Assembly: GCA_002483085.1 (NCBI GenBank)
Contig: DLHF01000080.1
Coordinates: 223-64,222, forward strand
DNA from: Ignavibacteria bacterium UBA7675
GTDB lineage: Bacteria > Bacteroidota > Ignavibacteria > Kapaibacteriales > UB7675
Length of the DNA: 64,000 nucleotides
Direction: 5' to 3'
The notes beneath the pieces were generated by a model that was not told the origin of the DNA, made no database searches, and worked only from the letters and a program-made list of their open reading frames with translations. A program made the position numbers and the translations under genes. Positions 8,778 to 18,929 of this stretch are shown here, in pieces; position 1 is the stretch's first letter; each line of letters begins with the position of its first letter.

Positions 8778-10889
8778 ATGATAAAAATACTTTCCGTAGT
8801 TGCTGCTGCCTGCGCTGCCGTTGCTTCCGTATCGGTCTCGGCGCAAACGCTACCCGATGTGCTTCGCCCGGATGGGGAAACAAAGCATCTCGCAGTTGAT
8901 AGGTCGCACGATATCCACGCTCATGCCATAGTCGACAGGCCGACAGCAGTACAGCGTCGCAATTACGATGTGTTATCCTACGATTTGTTCATGGATTGGC
9001 GCAATCCGCTCACATCTACGGAAGTGACAGGGGCTGCACGTGTGTATTCGGGCATGAATCGCATACGCATGCACATCGACTCCGCAGGTGTATCGGTGCT
9101 GCGGCTGAATGCGAACCAGATGACTATCGACAGTGTCCATTGTACGCCCGCGCGCGCTCTCCAGCTTGCACAGCCGGTAGCCGAAGAGTGGAGCGTGTCG
9201 GCAGATACTCCGTTTGATGTGGGCGATACTGTAACGCTCGATGTCTATTATACAAGCCAAACGGCATTTAATAATGGGTTCTTTTTGTACGAAAAGGGTC
9301 TAGAAACAGGGCTGCTGCCCAATGGCGATGTGGCAATTGTGGAAGAGCGGCTTGCTTATACGATGAGCGAACCGTCCGATGCCCGCTCCTGGATGCCCTG
9401 CAACGATATGCCATACGACAAGGCGATGACTTCTATTGCCGTGCGGGTGCCCAAGCCATATACTGTTGCTTCCAATGGCCTGCTACAGGAAGTGCGCGAT
9501 GAGCAGGATGGCTCGCAGACCTACCAGTGGAAAAGTTCTTCGCCTATGCCAACGTATCTGATGGTGGCTGTGGCTTCGGTGTATAAAGAGTTCTCCGACT
9601 GGTACCATCGCCGCAGCAACCCGAACGACAGCATCCCAGTGTTGTATTATGTATGGCAAAAAGACTATGATGGCCAGGCGCTCGACCAGTCGGAGTACAA
9701 TGCGCGCCATGGTTTCCGCAATACTGTGCGTATGATGGAGAATTTTTCTGATAGATATGTAGAGTATCCGTTTGAGAAATACGGTATGGCTGCGCTTCAG
9801 CCGTTTGACTACGGTGGCATGGAACACCAAACGTTGTCGACGGTGCATCGCCGGTGGATACGGGTGTTCGACGATCCGGGCATTGCTCACGAGCTGATGC
9901 ACCAGTGGACGGGCGATTTAGTGACGTGTGCGAGCTTTGCGGATATCTGGCTCAACGAAGGCGGCGCTACCTATGGTGAAGCGCTTTGGGCAGAAGCCGA
10001 ACGAGGCAAGAATGGCTATAGAGCAACCTTGCTGGACAAGCGCGGTTCGTATCTCGGTTCTGCCAACAACCAGTCGCCGATCTACGCGCCTACAAATATT
10101 TTCAACTACGCAACAACCTATGCAAAAGCAGGCTGGGTGTACCACATGCTGCGCCGTATGCTTGGCGATGAGCTCTACTTTGCCACGATGAAAAAGTATT
10201 TTACAGAGTTCGCATATCGGTCGATTGAAACAGAAGATATGGTGGCTTTTTTCGAGCGCGAAGTGCCGGATTCTCCTGTGCCTTTTCGCACGTTTTTCGA
10301 TCAGTGGATATACAGCGCACGCCATCCCGTGTACGATGTTGCCTATAGTACGTATCCCGAAGAAGCCGAGGGGTTTCCTGTGCGTGTTGTAGTTCGCCAA
10401 ACGCAAAGCGGTGTAGCTGTTCCCGATGTATTTGTCATGCCACTTACTGTTACGCTGTATGGGGCGAACGACAGCTTAGACGTCCGTTTCCTTAATAACA
10501 GCCGCAGCCAGGAGCTTTTGCTGCACGCTCCGTTCCCAGTGGTGGGCGTGGGCGTCAATGACAATCTGGATGTGCTCGCTCAAGTGGAGCAGATAATATC
10601 CGGGGTCAATGACCGCAGTAGCGACGCCGTCGACATTGCACTTACGCCCAGCCCCGTAGTACGCGGTGGCGACGTGAACCTTGCCATAGGTGTACGCCAG
10701 CCGGGTCGGGTGGAAGTTATCATGCTCGACGCGATGGGCAGATCGGTAGATGTGCTGTACTCCGGAGCTCTTCAGCCCGGCTCGTATCGGCTGGCAAAGG
10801 CACTGCCCGATGTAGCATCCGGTATGTATTTTCTGCGTATTGCAAAAGATGGTAAGACCGATATGGTCAAATTTATCGTGACCGAATAA
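8778..10889 (+). CDS. M1 family aminopeptidase with T9SS C-terminal domain
   Basis: GGMEH, HELMH followed by NEG 18 residues later, YAKA; signal peptide; CTD ending SGMYFLRI...KFIV. Confidence 0.92.
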   Translation: MIKILSVVAAACAAVASVSVSAQTLPDVLRPDGETKHLAVDRSHDIHAHAIVDRPTAVQRRNYDVLSYDLFMDWRNPLTSTEVTGAARVYSGMNRIRMHIDSAGVSVLRLNANQMTIDSVHCTPARALQLAQPVAEEWSVSADTPFDVGDTVTLDVYYTSQTAFNNGFFLYEKGLETGLLPNGDVAIVEERLAYTMSEPSDARSWMPCNDMPYDKAMTSIAVRVPKPYTVASNGLLQEVRDEQDGSQTYQWKSSSPMPTYLMVAVASVYKEFSDWYHRRSNPNDSIPVLYYVWQKDYDGQALDQSEYNARHGFRNTVRMMENFSDRYVEYPFEKYGMAALQPFDYGGMEHQTLSTVHRRWIRVFDDPGIAHELMHQWTGDLVTCASFADIWLNEGGATYGEALWAEAERGKNGYRATLLDKRGSYLGSANNQSPIYAPTNIFNYATTYAKAGWVYHMLRRMLGDELYFATMKKYFTEFAYRSIETEDMVAFFEREVPDSPVPFRTFFDQWIYSARHPVYDVAYSTYPEEAEGFPVRVVVRQTQSGVAVPDVFVMPLTVTLYGANDSLDVRFLNNSRSQELLLHAPFPVVGVGVNDNLDVLAQVEQIISGVNDRSSDAVDIALTPSPVVRGGDVNLAIGVRQPGRVEVIMLDAMGRSVDVLYSGALQPGSYRLAKALPDVASGMYFLRIAKDGKTDMVKFIVTE

Positions 10890-10895
10890 TTCCGT

Positions 10896-10929
10896 GCAAA
10901 AACGTCCTCTCCGAGGGCGTTTTTGTTTT
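10896..10929 (+). terminator. Rho-independent terminator
   Basis: caaaaacgtcctc-tcc-gagggcgtttttg followed by a T-run, directly after the stop codon. Confidence 0.75.
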
Positions 10930-11017
10930 CAGGGTGTGTACTTTAGTATCTCGGTCGCAAGGCCGGAACGTATGATATCTGTGCAGGGTGCGCGGATATT
11001 TATCGGAGGATATGCAA

Positions 11018-12226
11018 ATGTCTCATACACAATCAGTAACAGTAGGTATGGAACTGTCCAAAAGAGTCCTGGCAGCCAATGAATCGCAAACGCTGGCTAT
11101 TGCAGCACGTGCTAAGGCTATGAAAGCCTCGGGCATCGACGTGGTGAGCCTTTCTACCGGCGAGCCCGATTTCCCCACCCCCGAATGTGCAAGGAATGCC
11201 GCCATCCGAGCTGTGCAGGAAGATTTTACGCGCTACATGGAAACCAATGGTATTCTGGATTTGCGCGAAGCTGCGGCAGCGAAGTTTCGGGAAGAAAATG
11301 GTATTGCCGAGGCGACGTCCGGCACGGTGATTGTTTCTGCGGGCGTAAAGCAGTCGCTGTTTGTGGCTCTTACCGCGATGTGCAACGACGGCGACGAAGT
11401 AGTGACCATTGCGCCCTATTGGGTGAGCTATCCGGCGATGGCCACAATCTGCGGCGCTGTGCCCGTTGTGGTGCATACCGAGTACAATGAGCGCTATAAA
11501 GTCCGGCCCGACCGTCTGCGCGCTGCTCTCACGCCAAAGACAAAATGCGTTATTCTCAATTCGCCGTGCAATCCCACTGGTACAATGTACACGCCCGACG
11601 AGATGCGGGAACTCGTCGCCGTGCTGGAAGAGCACGACTGTTATATTATCAGCGATGAGATTTACGAAAAAATTGTCTATGGCGATGTTCCCCATATGAG
11701 CATCGGTTCGTTTCCAGAATTGCAAGGGCGGGTGCTTACGGCCAATGGCGTTGCAAAAGCGTTCTCTATGCCCGGTTGGCGCATAGGCTATATGCACGGT
11801 CCGGCGGAAGTGATGAAGCAGGCCAATAAGGTACAGGGGCAGTCGACTTCGCACCCCTCTACTATTGCCCAGAAGGCTGCTCTTGCTGCGCTGCTATACG
11901 CGCAGGACGATGTGGAGCGCATGCGCCAGGAGTTCAGCCATCGGCGCGATCTTATATGCGATGCGCTTGGGCAGGTGCCCAGTGTACGCTTCCACAAGCC
12001 CGATGGAGCGTTCTATATATTTGCTGATGTGTCGGAATATCTCGGCGGTAGCATCGCGACGTCGGCGGCATTGTGCGAGTATATTCTCGATAAATATCAA
12101 CTTGCGCTTGTGCCGGGAGAAGCTTTTGGAGCTCCGGGCTGTGTGCGATTTTCTTTTGCTACATCGCGCGAGCTTATTGCCAAAGGAGCCAGTCGTTTTG
12201 CCGATGCGCTTGCCTCGCTCAAATAG
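11018..12226 (+). CDS. aspC: PLP-dependent aspartate aminotransferase (class I/II)
   Basis: GEPDFPTP, NSPCNPTG, SDEIY, GVAKAFSMPGWRIG. ggagga Shine-Dalgarno 7 nt before the ATG at 11018. Confidence 0.88.
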   Translation: MSHTQSVTVGMELSKRVLAANESQTLAIAARAKAMKASGIDVVSLSTGEPDFPTPECARNAAIRAVQEDFTRYMETNGILDLREAAAAKFREENGIAEATSGTVIVSAGVKQSLFVALTAMCNDGDEVVTIAPYWVSYPAMATICGAVPVVVHTEYNERYKVRPDRLRAALTPKTKCVILNSPCNPTGTMYTPDEMRELVAVLEEHDCYIISDEIYEKIVYGDVPHMSIGSFPELQGRVLTANGVAKAFSMPGWRIGYMHGPAEVMKQANKVQGQSTSHPSTIAQKAALAALLYAQDDVERMRQEFSHRRDLICDALGQVPSVRFHKPDGAFYIFADVSEYLGGSIATSAALCEYILDKYQLALVPGEAFGAPGCVRFSFATSRELIAKGASRFADALASLK

Positions 12227-12259
12227 CTGCGTCGGGGATATGGAGGAACACCAGTTGGC

Positions 12260-12427
12260 CGCTTCAGTCGCTGTTGAGGCTTGTGGCCTCTGCACCGCGC
12301 AGCACAGCCGTCGCGTGTAGTGCCGGGGTTCACCGCAGCGGTAAGTGCGACCGGTGACAGCGACGCGGCGTAGGGGCGTCGCTTGAGGCGCCTCTACGCC
12401 GCCCCATCCGAAGCCGCCCGTGCCACA
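12260..12427 (+). repeat. Dispersed intergenic repeat, modules A+C, with an inserted GTAG hairpin
   Basis: cgcttcagtcgctg...tgcaccgcgcagcacagccgtcgcgtg...gtgcgaccggtgacagcgac[16-bp hairpin]...gcccgtgccac. Confidence 0.85.
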
Positions 12428-12456
12428 AAGAAAATGCTGATAGTTGTTTGGTAGTT

Positions 12457-14574
12457 CTACGGTGCTACGAACGGGAATACAGTAATGTGCCCGCCCGATT
12501 CGCTTATCGCAATGTAAGCGCCTGCTGCAAGCCCTGCCAGAGTGATGGTTTGGCGGTATTCGCCCGGTGCGGCTGTATATCGTATGTCCCTCATACTGCG
12601 CCCGAGTACATCGGTAATGCTCAGGCGAAGAGTACACGGCGTGTCTACCCATCCGCTGGCTATGAGTTCTCCGTTGGCTACTGCAAAGGAAATACTATGC
12701 TCGGCGTTGGTGCCGCCCACCGATGTGATATTGAAATTGTATGGCTCCGATAATGTGCTACAGACATTTTCGTTGAATGAAGCTACTGTGTAGGAACCCG
12801 ACACAACGGGCTTGTACATCCGGTCGATAGCGCCGGTCAGTTCTATTCCATTGCGGTACCACTGATAGGCGAGAGCAGGGGAGGAGTAGAGCGTGCCCGC
12901 TATATTGCTAATCACCGGCTTCGTCGGCGCCGCATAGGTGAATACTTCTATGGTTTGCGATGTTCCTGTGCAGCCGAACGCATCGGCTACTACCACACTG
13001 TACACACCCGCTTCTTTTACAACAAGCGTTGCCGATGTTGCTCCTGTCGACCAATAGTACTGTGCATGCGATCCCGCAGCGAGAAGAACGCTATCGCCGT
13101 GGCAGAATGTCGTATCTCCCACAAGCTCTATGCTCGGGATTGGGCGCTCGTGCTGCTCCACACGCACAGCAGGCGACGGAGCTGTACAGCCTTCATCCGT
13201 AGTAACAACGACAGAGTACACACCGGGCTGGTCTACTGCAAGAAAGCGCGATGTTGCGCCATTGGACCATTGGTAGGACGCGAACTCGCCAGCGTCGAAT
13301 GCCAGAATATCGTCGCCGCACAGATAGACCGTGGACTGCTCCACGATGCGCGGCTTTGGCGTTGCGTACACGGAAAAAGTGCCGCTTGTAGCTACTGCAA
13401 TGCCATTAGTTTCCGCAATGCTTATCCGGTAGCCTGTGCCCGGAGCCACCGAGGTAGGCACCACAACCTGCGCGCTGAACGGATAGGATGCGGAAACAAT
13501 ATCGAGCTGTAAAGGCATACTGAAGGAGCCTGTGGCATCGGAGAGCAGGACGCGAAAGGCACCGGAGCACGGTTCAAGCCCGTTGACCTCGAAGGTAGTG
13601 GCAAGCGTCTGTCCCTGGCAGACATTATCGGGAGTGCGAACGTACATTGCTTTGGGCAGGTCGAGAAACGCCAGCCCGGTCTGTGTGCCGATCCAGATAT
13701 CTTCGTCTTTGGGCGCAAGAGCAAGCACATAATTGCCGGGAATGGACGAAGAACCTGTTTGGAACAATGCTCCGAATTGTACGCGGTCGTCGGTAAGGCC
13801 GCCAAAGCGCGTTCCCATCCACACATGTCCACACGAAGCAGAAGCCAAACTGCGCACCGAACCATCTGCGAGATTTTTGTCGTACATTGCCCACGTGCCT
13901 TCGCCCGGCCTGTACACCGCTACCCCGTGATTATCCCACATACCGATAAACAACCGGCCTTCGCTTCCTACAAGCGAGATGACTGTATTTGCAGGGAGTG
14001 GGGAATTGGCAGTGGTAAAGACTTTCCACGCCGAACCATTAAAACCGACGAGGCCACCGCCTTCGGTGCCCATCCAGAGCTGTCCGCTTTCTACGGCAAG
14101 CGCAAGGATGTTATCCGAGGAAAGTTGAGAATTTTGCGATGTGTACACTGTCCAGCTCGACCCGTCGTAGCTCGCCAATCCGCCGGTTGTAGCAAACCAT
14201 GTACGGCCATTCCACTCTACAATGGCGCGAATATCATTGGATGGCAAGGGCGACGACGTCGTTGTAAACGATGTCCATTGGCCGTTTTCAAGGCGAGCCA
14301 GCCCCGATGTTGTTCCCACCCATAGCACTGGCGGCACCGCGAGCAGGCTTTTGATATAATTACCGGGAAGGCCCGAGTCGGAGGTGTAGCTCGTCCATTC
14401 CGTGCCATTGTAGCGAGCGAGCCCCGCAGGAGTACCCGCCCACAACAGGGAGTCGCGCAGGGCAAGCGCCGTTATCTCATTATCGGGCAGGCCGTCGGCA
14501 GTGGAAAAAGCACGCCACTGCTGCGCGCACAATACCGCAGGCAGAAATAGCAAGAGGAAGAACATCCGAAGCAT
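12457..14574 (-). CDS. Secreted protein with two-component-regulator-type beta-propeller repeats, Ig-like domains and T9SS-like CTD
   Basis: Repeats GLPxNxIxxL...WxGTxxGL; YQWSNGAT and YYWSTGAT Ig repeats; C-terminal DVLGR...LAAGAYI. Confidence 0.8.
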   Translation of the reverse strand: MLRMFFLLLFLPAVLCAQQWRAFSTADGLPDNEITALALRDSLLWAGTPAGLARYNGTEWTSYTSDSGLPGNYIKSLLAVPPVLWVGTTSGLARLENGQWTSFTTTSSPLPSNDIRAIVEWNGRTWFATTGGLASYDGSSWTVYTSQNSQLSSDNILALAVESGQLWMGTEGGGLVGFNGSAWKVFTTANSPLPANTVISLVGSEGRLFIGMWDNHGVAVYRPGEGTWAMYDKNLADGSVRSLASASCGHVWMGTRFGGLTDDRVQFGALFQTGSSSIPGNYVLALAPKDEDIWIGTQTGLAFLDLPKAMYVRTPDNVCQGQTLATTFEVNGLEPCSGAFRVLLSDATGSFSMPLQLDIVSASYPFSAQVVVPTSVAPGTGYRISIAETNGIAVATSGTFSVYATPKPRIVEQSTVYLCGDDILAFDAGEFASYQWSNGATSRFLAVDQPGVYSVVVTTDEGCTAPSPAVRVEQHERPIPSIELVGDTTFCHGDSVLLAAGSHAQYYWSTGATSATLVVKEAGVYSVVVADAFGCTGTSQTIEVFTYAAPTKPVISNIAGTLYSSPALAYQWYRNGIELTGAIDRMYKPVVSGSYTVASFNENVCSTLSEPYNFNITSVGGTNAEHSISFAVANGELIASGWVDTPCTLRLSITDVLGRSMRDIRYTAAPGEYRQTITLAGLAAGAYIAISESGGHITVFPFVAP

Positions 14575-14605
14575 AAGCCCTCCGCAAAAGACTGGAAGGA
14601 GTTTA

Positions 14606-15289
14606 TCAGACTACAACGCTGTGTGCCCGTTCGCCTGCCTGCCGTATGGCAGCAATATTGTCCTCTACCGAACCGCCGAACACCCCCGAACCGCTGACAA
14701 TCATGGACGCCCCAGCCCGCACGACTTCTTCGGCATTCGATGCCTTGATACCGCCATCGACTTCGATTTCCACGTGTGCAAAGCCGTTTGTGTCGAGAAA
14801 ATCGCGCAGCGCCGCACAGCGTCGTAAAAACGAGGTGATGAACTGCTGCCCACCGAAGCCGGGATTGACCGACATTAGCAGGACGAAGTCGCAGCACTCC
14901 ACAGCGTCAAAAATCGTATTGATTGGCGTTGCTGGATTCAGCACAACGCCAGATTTTACACCGAGCTCGCGTATGAGCATCAGTGTGCGATGCAGATGCG
15001 GCGACGTTTCCTGATGGACAGAAATAAAATCGGCACCTGCCTGTGCAAACTGCTGCACATAGCGCTCGGGTTTTTCAATCATCAGATGCACATCCAACGG
15101 GAGCTGTGTTACCGGTCTAATTGCTTCCACAACCAGTGGGCCTATTGTGATATTAGGCACAAAGTGGCCATCCATCACATCGACGTGGAGCAGGTCGGCA
15201 CCAGCGGCTTCACAGCGGCGGATGTCGTCTTCGAGTCGGGCGAAATTTGCCGAAAGCAGCGAGGGCGCGATTTTTACAGAGTGTTTCAT
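14606..15289 (-). CDS. rpe: Ribulose-phosphate 3-epimerase
   Basis: IAPSLLSA, HVDVMDGHFVPN, DVHLM, MSVNPGFGGQ, VDGG. Confidence 0.97.
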   Translation of the reverse strand: MKHSVKIAPSLLSANFARLEDDIRRCEAAGADLLHVDVMDGHFVPNITIGPLVVEAIRPVTQLPLDVHLMIEKPERYVQQFAQAGADFISVHQETSPHLHRTLMLIRELGVKSGVVLNPATPINTIFDAVECCDFVLLMSVNPGFGGQQFITSFLRRCAALRDFLDTNGFAHVEIEVDGGIKASNAEEVVRAGASMIVSGSGVFGGSVEDNIAAIRQAGERAHSVVV

Positions 15290-15322
15290 GGTCGGAGAGT
15301 AAAGGAAAAATCGAAGGTCGGT

Positions 15323-15865
15323 TTATTTGCCGTCCTTTTTGAATGACAGGGACGCGGAGTTCATACAGTATCGCAGACCAGTTGGCTTGGGGCCATCGTC
15401 GAACACATGGCCGAGATGGGCGTCGCAGCGAGCGCATCGCACTTCTGTGCGCGACATGAACAAGCTGTTGTCCACGCCTGTTGCCACGTGGGTAGGGTCG
15501 ATAGGCTCCCAGAAGCTGGGCCAGCCAGTACCGGAATTGTATTTGGCAGCAGAGCTAAAGAGCGGCAGTCCACAGCAGACGCAGTTGTACACTCCCTTTT
15601 CGTGGTTGTCCCAGTATTGATTGGCAAAGGCGGGTTCTGTACCGCTTTTACGCGTTACTTCATACTGTTTCGGCGTCAGTTGTGCTTTCCACTCTTGGTC
15701 GGTTTTTACTACTTTTTCCATCTTCGCATGCTCCTTCTTGTGTTGAGATTGCTGTGCGTTGGATGTAAATGCGGCAACCTGTTGATCGCCGTGCGAATTG
15801 TTGTTGCATGCTCCACAGGCAAGGACGATAACGGCAATACCTGCGAGGACGACAAATAATTTCAT
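15323..15865 (-). CDS. msrB: Peptide-methionine (R)-S-oxide reductase with lipoprotein-type signal
   Basis: [34 protein letters not shown]. Start [20 protein letters not shown]. Confidence 0.95.
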   Translation of the reverse strand: MKLFVVLAGIAVIVLACGACNNNSHGDQQVAAFTSNAQQSQHKKEHAKMEKVVKTDQEWKAQLTPKQYEVTRKSGTEPAFANQYWDNHEKGVYNCVCCGLPLFSSAAKYNSGTGWPSFWEPIDPTHVATGVDNSLFMSRTEVRCARCDAHLGHVFDDGPKPTGLRYCMNSASLSFKKDGK

Positions 15866-16064
15866 ACAAACCTCCGATAAAACATTCGGTTGCCTGACTG
15901 CTTCTTGCCGAAAGCCCACCGGGTGCATACTTCTTGCTCTGTTCTTTTTCCGGCGGTCTACGACCATGAGCGATATTGTGCAGCGTATGCAGCCGAACGA
16001 CAGACAATTCAATCAATAGTTACTGCACACGTCCGAATCGCTCATATATTTATTGCAGAGCCTG

Positions 16065-18512
16065 CTACAGCGACGGCGGAGGATTAAAACTGCGAACTGC
16101 ATGATGGAAGCCTTCGAGCACCATGCCCACCTTGCCAAACACCGTATTAGGCGGGTATTTCAGGTTTTCGTCATGAGTTCCGGCAGGTATGCCTGTAAGC
16201 AGTTCTATGCCCTCTTCGATTGTCGACACCGGATAAATATGGAATGCTTTCTTTTTCACTGCCTCGACCACGCTTTTGTGCAGCATGAGGTCTTTTACAT
16301 TTTGCACGGGTATGAGCACGCCCTGATTGCCGGTAAGGCCACGCGCAGCGCATATCTCGAAAAAGCCTTCAATCTTTTCGTTGACGCCGCCGATGGGCTG
16401 GATATCGCCCTTCTGGTTCACGGAGCCTGTTACTGCCAAGTCCTGCCGGATGGGAATTCGTGCCAGTGCTGAAATCAGCGCGTAGACTTCTGTAGAAGAT
16501 GCGCTGTCGCCGTCGACGCCGCCATAGGACTGTTCAAAAGCGACAGAAGCCGACATCGATAGGGGATGGGCGTGGGCAAACCGGTCGCGCAGGATGCCGG
16601 ACAGGATGAGCAGGCCCTTGTCGTGTGAGCTGCCGCTGAGCTGCGACTCGCGTTCGATATTCATGATACCCGAGGTACCCATGCCTGCCGATGCAGTAAT
16701 GCGCGTAGGTTTACCAAAGGAAACGAGGCCCGTGCTGTACACCGCCAGCCCGTTGATCTGGCCTATGCGCGTGCCCGTCGTGTCGATGAGCAGCGTACCG
16801 GCGAGGATATTATTGCGGATTTTTTCATCCACTAAATTATTGCGCCAGTGCCGCTTTTCTAATGCTTGCTCCACATCTCGGCGGCGGATAAGGCGCGAGG
16901 ACGACTGTAGGGCATAGAACGACGATTCGCGTATGACATCGGCCACGTCGCTGAAGCGCAGGGTCGTGCGCGAGCGGTCGCCAGCCAATTCCACAGCAAA
17001 TTCGACGAGTGCTGCTACTCCGCTTTTGTCGAAGTGCGGTAGCTGTTCTTCTTCGCAGATTTTTGCCACAAACCGGGCGTAATAGCCAATCATTGTCTCG
17101 GTGAGCGGCGTTTCATAGTCGAACTCGGAATTTACTTTGAAAATTTTTCGGAAATCTTCTTCGTAAAAATACAACGAGCGATAGATGTCCTGGTCGCCGA
17201 TAAGGATGATTTTGACGTCGATATCGATGGCTTCGGGTTTTAGCGTCGTTTGGGCAATTTGGAAATAGCTGTCCATTGGCTGAATTTCTAATTTGCGGTG
17301 CAGCAGCACGCGCTTCAGTGCTTTCCACACGCCGGTTTCGCCTAGCATGTCTAAAGCATTAACAATCAGGTACCCGCCATTGGCTTTTAGCAGTGCGCCT
17401 GCTTTGATATAGCGGAAATCCGTGATCCAGAAGCCGCGCTGCTCGTATTTTTTCTCGATAGTGCCAAAGAGATTGACAAACGATGGCGTAGTTTCGATAA
17501 TAACAGGCGGACGCTCTGTGTCGGAGTTGTCGAGTACCACATTTACTTCGTAGCGCTCAAAAGCTTTGTCGACGGCATCTTCTGTTTCTGTCTGTTCGGC
17601 AGTCGCAGCGGGCCGGTTGGGATTGAACACGTCCACATTGTCGAGAAGTTCGTTTTCTGCTTCGCTCAGATACGCATTGAGCTGTTCGCTTTCGCTCAGA
17701 AATGTAGAGCGCAATTCGTCGAACGCACTTTTTACTACAACGCCAGCCGCCAGCCTGTCGTGTTCGGCCAGAGCACGGCGAAATTCTTGCATCAGCTTTA
17801 CGCCCGAGCGCACAAGATCGACGAGTTCGTCCTGATATTTCTGATAGTGTTCGCTTATTTCCCGGGCTCGCTCGCGTGTGAGCACGCCTTTTTTGATAAG
17901 GTCTTCGAGGTCGGATGGCGTGTGGAGCTGGTCGTCTATGAGGATAAAGATAGCGGGATGGCTGTTTCCGGCTTCGCCTTCTACGCGCCCGAGCACAAAG
18001 CCTTCGGGCTGTAGTTTTGTGTTGAAGTCGGTGAGAATCGTGGTTTCGCGCTCTTGGTATCTGCGTATCAGGTCCTTGCGTGTTTGCTGGAACCCTTCTT
18101 CTTCAAAGAGTTGCGGTATTCTCATGCGCAGGTACGAGATGGTGTCTTTCATAGCTTTGGCAAAGGCTTTTCCCAAGCCCGCACTAAAGCGCAGCAGCTT
18201 TGGCTCGTTTGGCTCGTGAAAGTTGTGCACATAGCAGAAGTCGCAGAGCTTCGCCTTGGTATCCCGAACGTCCTCTAATATTTTTTTTACCGTAGTAAGG
18301 CGTCCGGTGCCCGATAAGCCCGAGACAAAGAGATTATAGCCGGGGGAAGCGAGCTGGGCACCGAGATGTATAGACTCAATTGCCCGGGGCTGGCCTACGA
18401 TTTCTGTAAGCGGCTCAAGTTCTTTAGTCGAGGAAAAAGCGAAGTACGAGGTGGGGCATTCCCAGCGGAGTTCAGACGGAACCAGTTCGCGATGCGTTGT
18501 CTTCTTTGCCAT
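16065..18512 (-). CDS. Lon-like S16 protease (LonC/AAA_32 type, degenerate Walker A)
   Basis: GQPRA, GLSGTGRLT, GALLKANGGYL, GQINGL, VDGDSAS (catalytic Ser) and NEKIEGF (catalytic Lys). Confidence 0.9.
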   Translation of the reverse strand: MAKKTTHRELVPSELRWECPTSYFAFSSTKELEPLTEIVGQPRAIESIHLGAQLASPGYNLFVSGLSGTGRLTTVKKILEDVRDTKAKLCDFCYVHNFHEPNEPKLLRFSAGLGKAFAKAMKDTISYLRMRIPQLFEEEGFQQTRKDLIRRYQERETTILTDFNTKLQPEGFVLGRVEGEAGNSHPAIFILIDDQLHTPSDLEDLIKKGVLTRERAREISEHYQKYQDELVDLVRSGVKLMQEFRRALAEHDRLAAGVVVKSAFDELRSTFLSESEQLNAYLSEAENELLDNVDVFNPNRPAATAEQTETEDAVDKAFERYEVNVVLDNSDTERPPVIIETTPSFVNLFGTIEKKYEQRGFWITDFRYIKAGALLKANGGYLIVNALDMLGETGVWKALKRVLLHRKLEIQPMDSYFQIAQTTLKPEAIDIDVKIILIGDQDIYRSLYFYEEDFRKIFKVNSEFDYETPLTETMIGYYARFVAKICEEEQLPHFDKSGVAALVEFAVELAGDRSRTTLRFSDVADVIRESSFYALQSSSRLIRRRDVEQALEKRHWRNNLVDEKIRNNILAGTLLIDTTGTRIGQINGLAVYSTGLVSFGKPTRITASAGMGTSGIMNIERESQLSGSSHDKGLLILSGILRDRFAHAHPLSMSASVAFEQSYGGVDGDSASSTEVYALISALARIPIRQDLAVTGSVNQKGDIQPIGGVNEKIEGFFEICAARGLTGNQGVLIPVQNVKDLMLHKSVVEAVKKKAFHIYPVSTIEEGIELLTGIPAGTHDENLKYPPNTVFGKVGMVLEGFHHAVRSFNPPPSL

Positions 18513-18565
18513 AACTCTTCCTGCCGATGATGTCGCTGTCCGAAGTTCTTCTGTGACAAAAGTAT

Positions 18566-18738
18566 GTGCACGGGCGTCTTTGCAGCACCCGTTTAGCCGC
18601 TGTCACCGGTCGCAATCCCGTTGGAGCTATGGCCCAAACGACTTCGCAAACAAGCTGTTATCGACTTGTCTTTGCACCGTGATTGTGAACTCGGAGCACC
18701 ATTCTCATAAGAATAGCGTGCAAACGAACTTATGATAA
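18566..18738 (-). repeat. Dispersed intergenic repeat, modules B+C (minus strand)
   Basis: Reverse complement reads ttatcataagttcgtttgcacgctattcttatg...ttgcgaccggtgacagcggc...gacgcccgtgcac. Confidence 0.8.
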
Positions 18739-18929
18739 TAATGCCGAAGACGAATTCATAGGGATAATGCAAGGACGACGCAGCACGGTTCGCTCTGTTG
18801 GCCTACAGCTTCACACTTCAGACAACTGTGTTGTACTACTTATAAAGTGCGTAAAATAAGAAAAAAAACGACGATGCAGCATGTGCAATAACAAAGGTGT
18901 AGCAAGAGCTTTGCAAGGCAGTGATCGGC

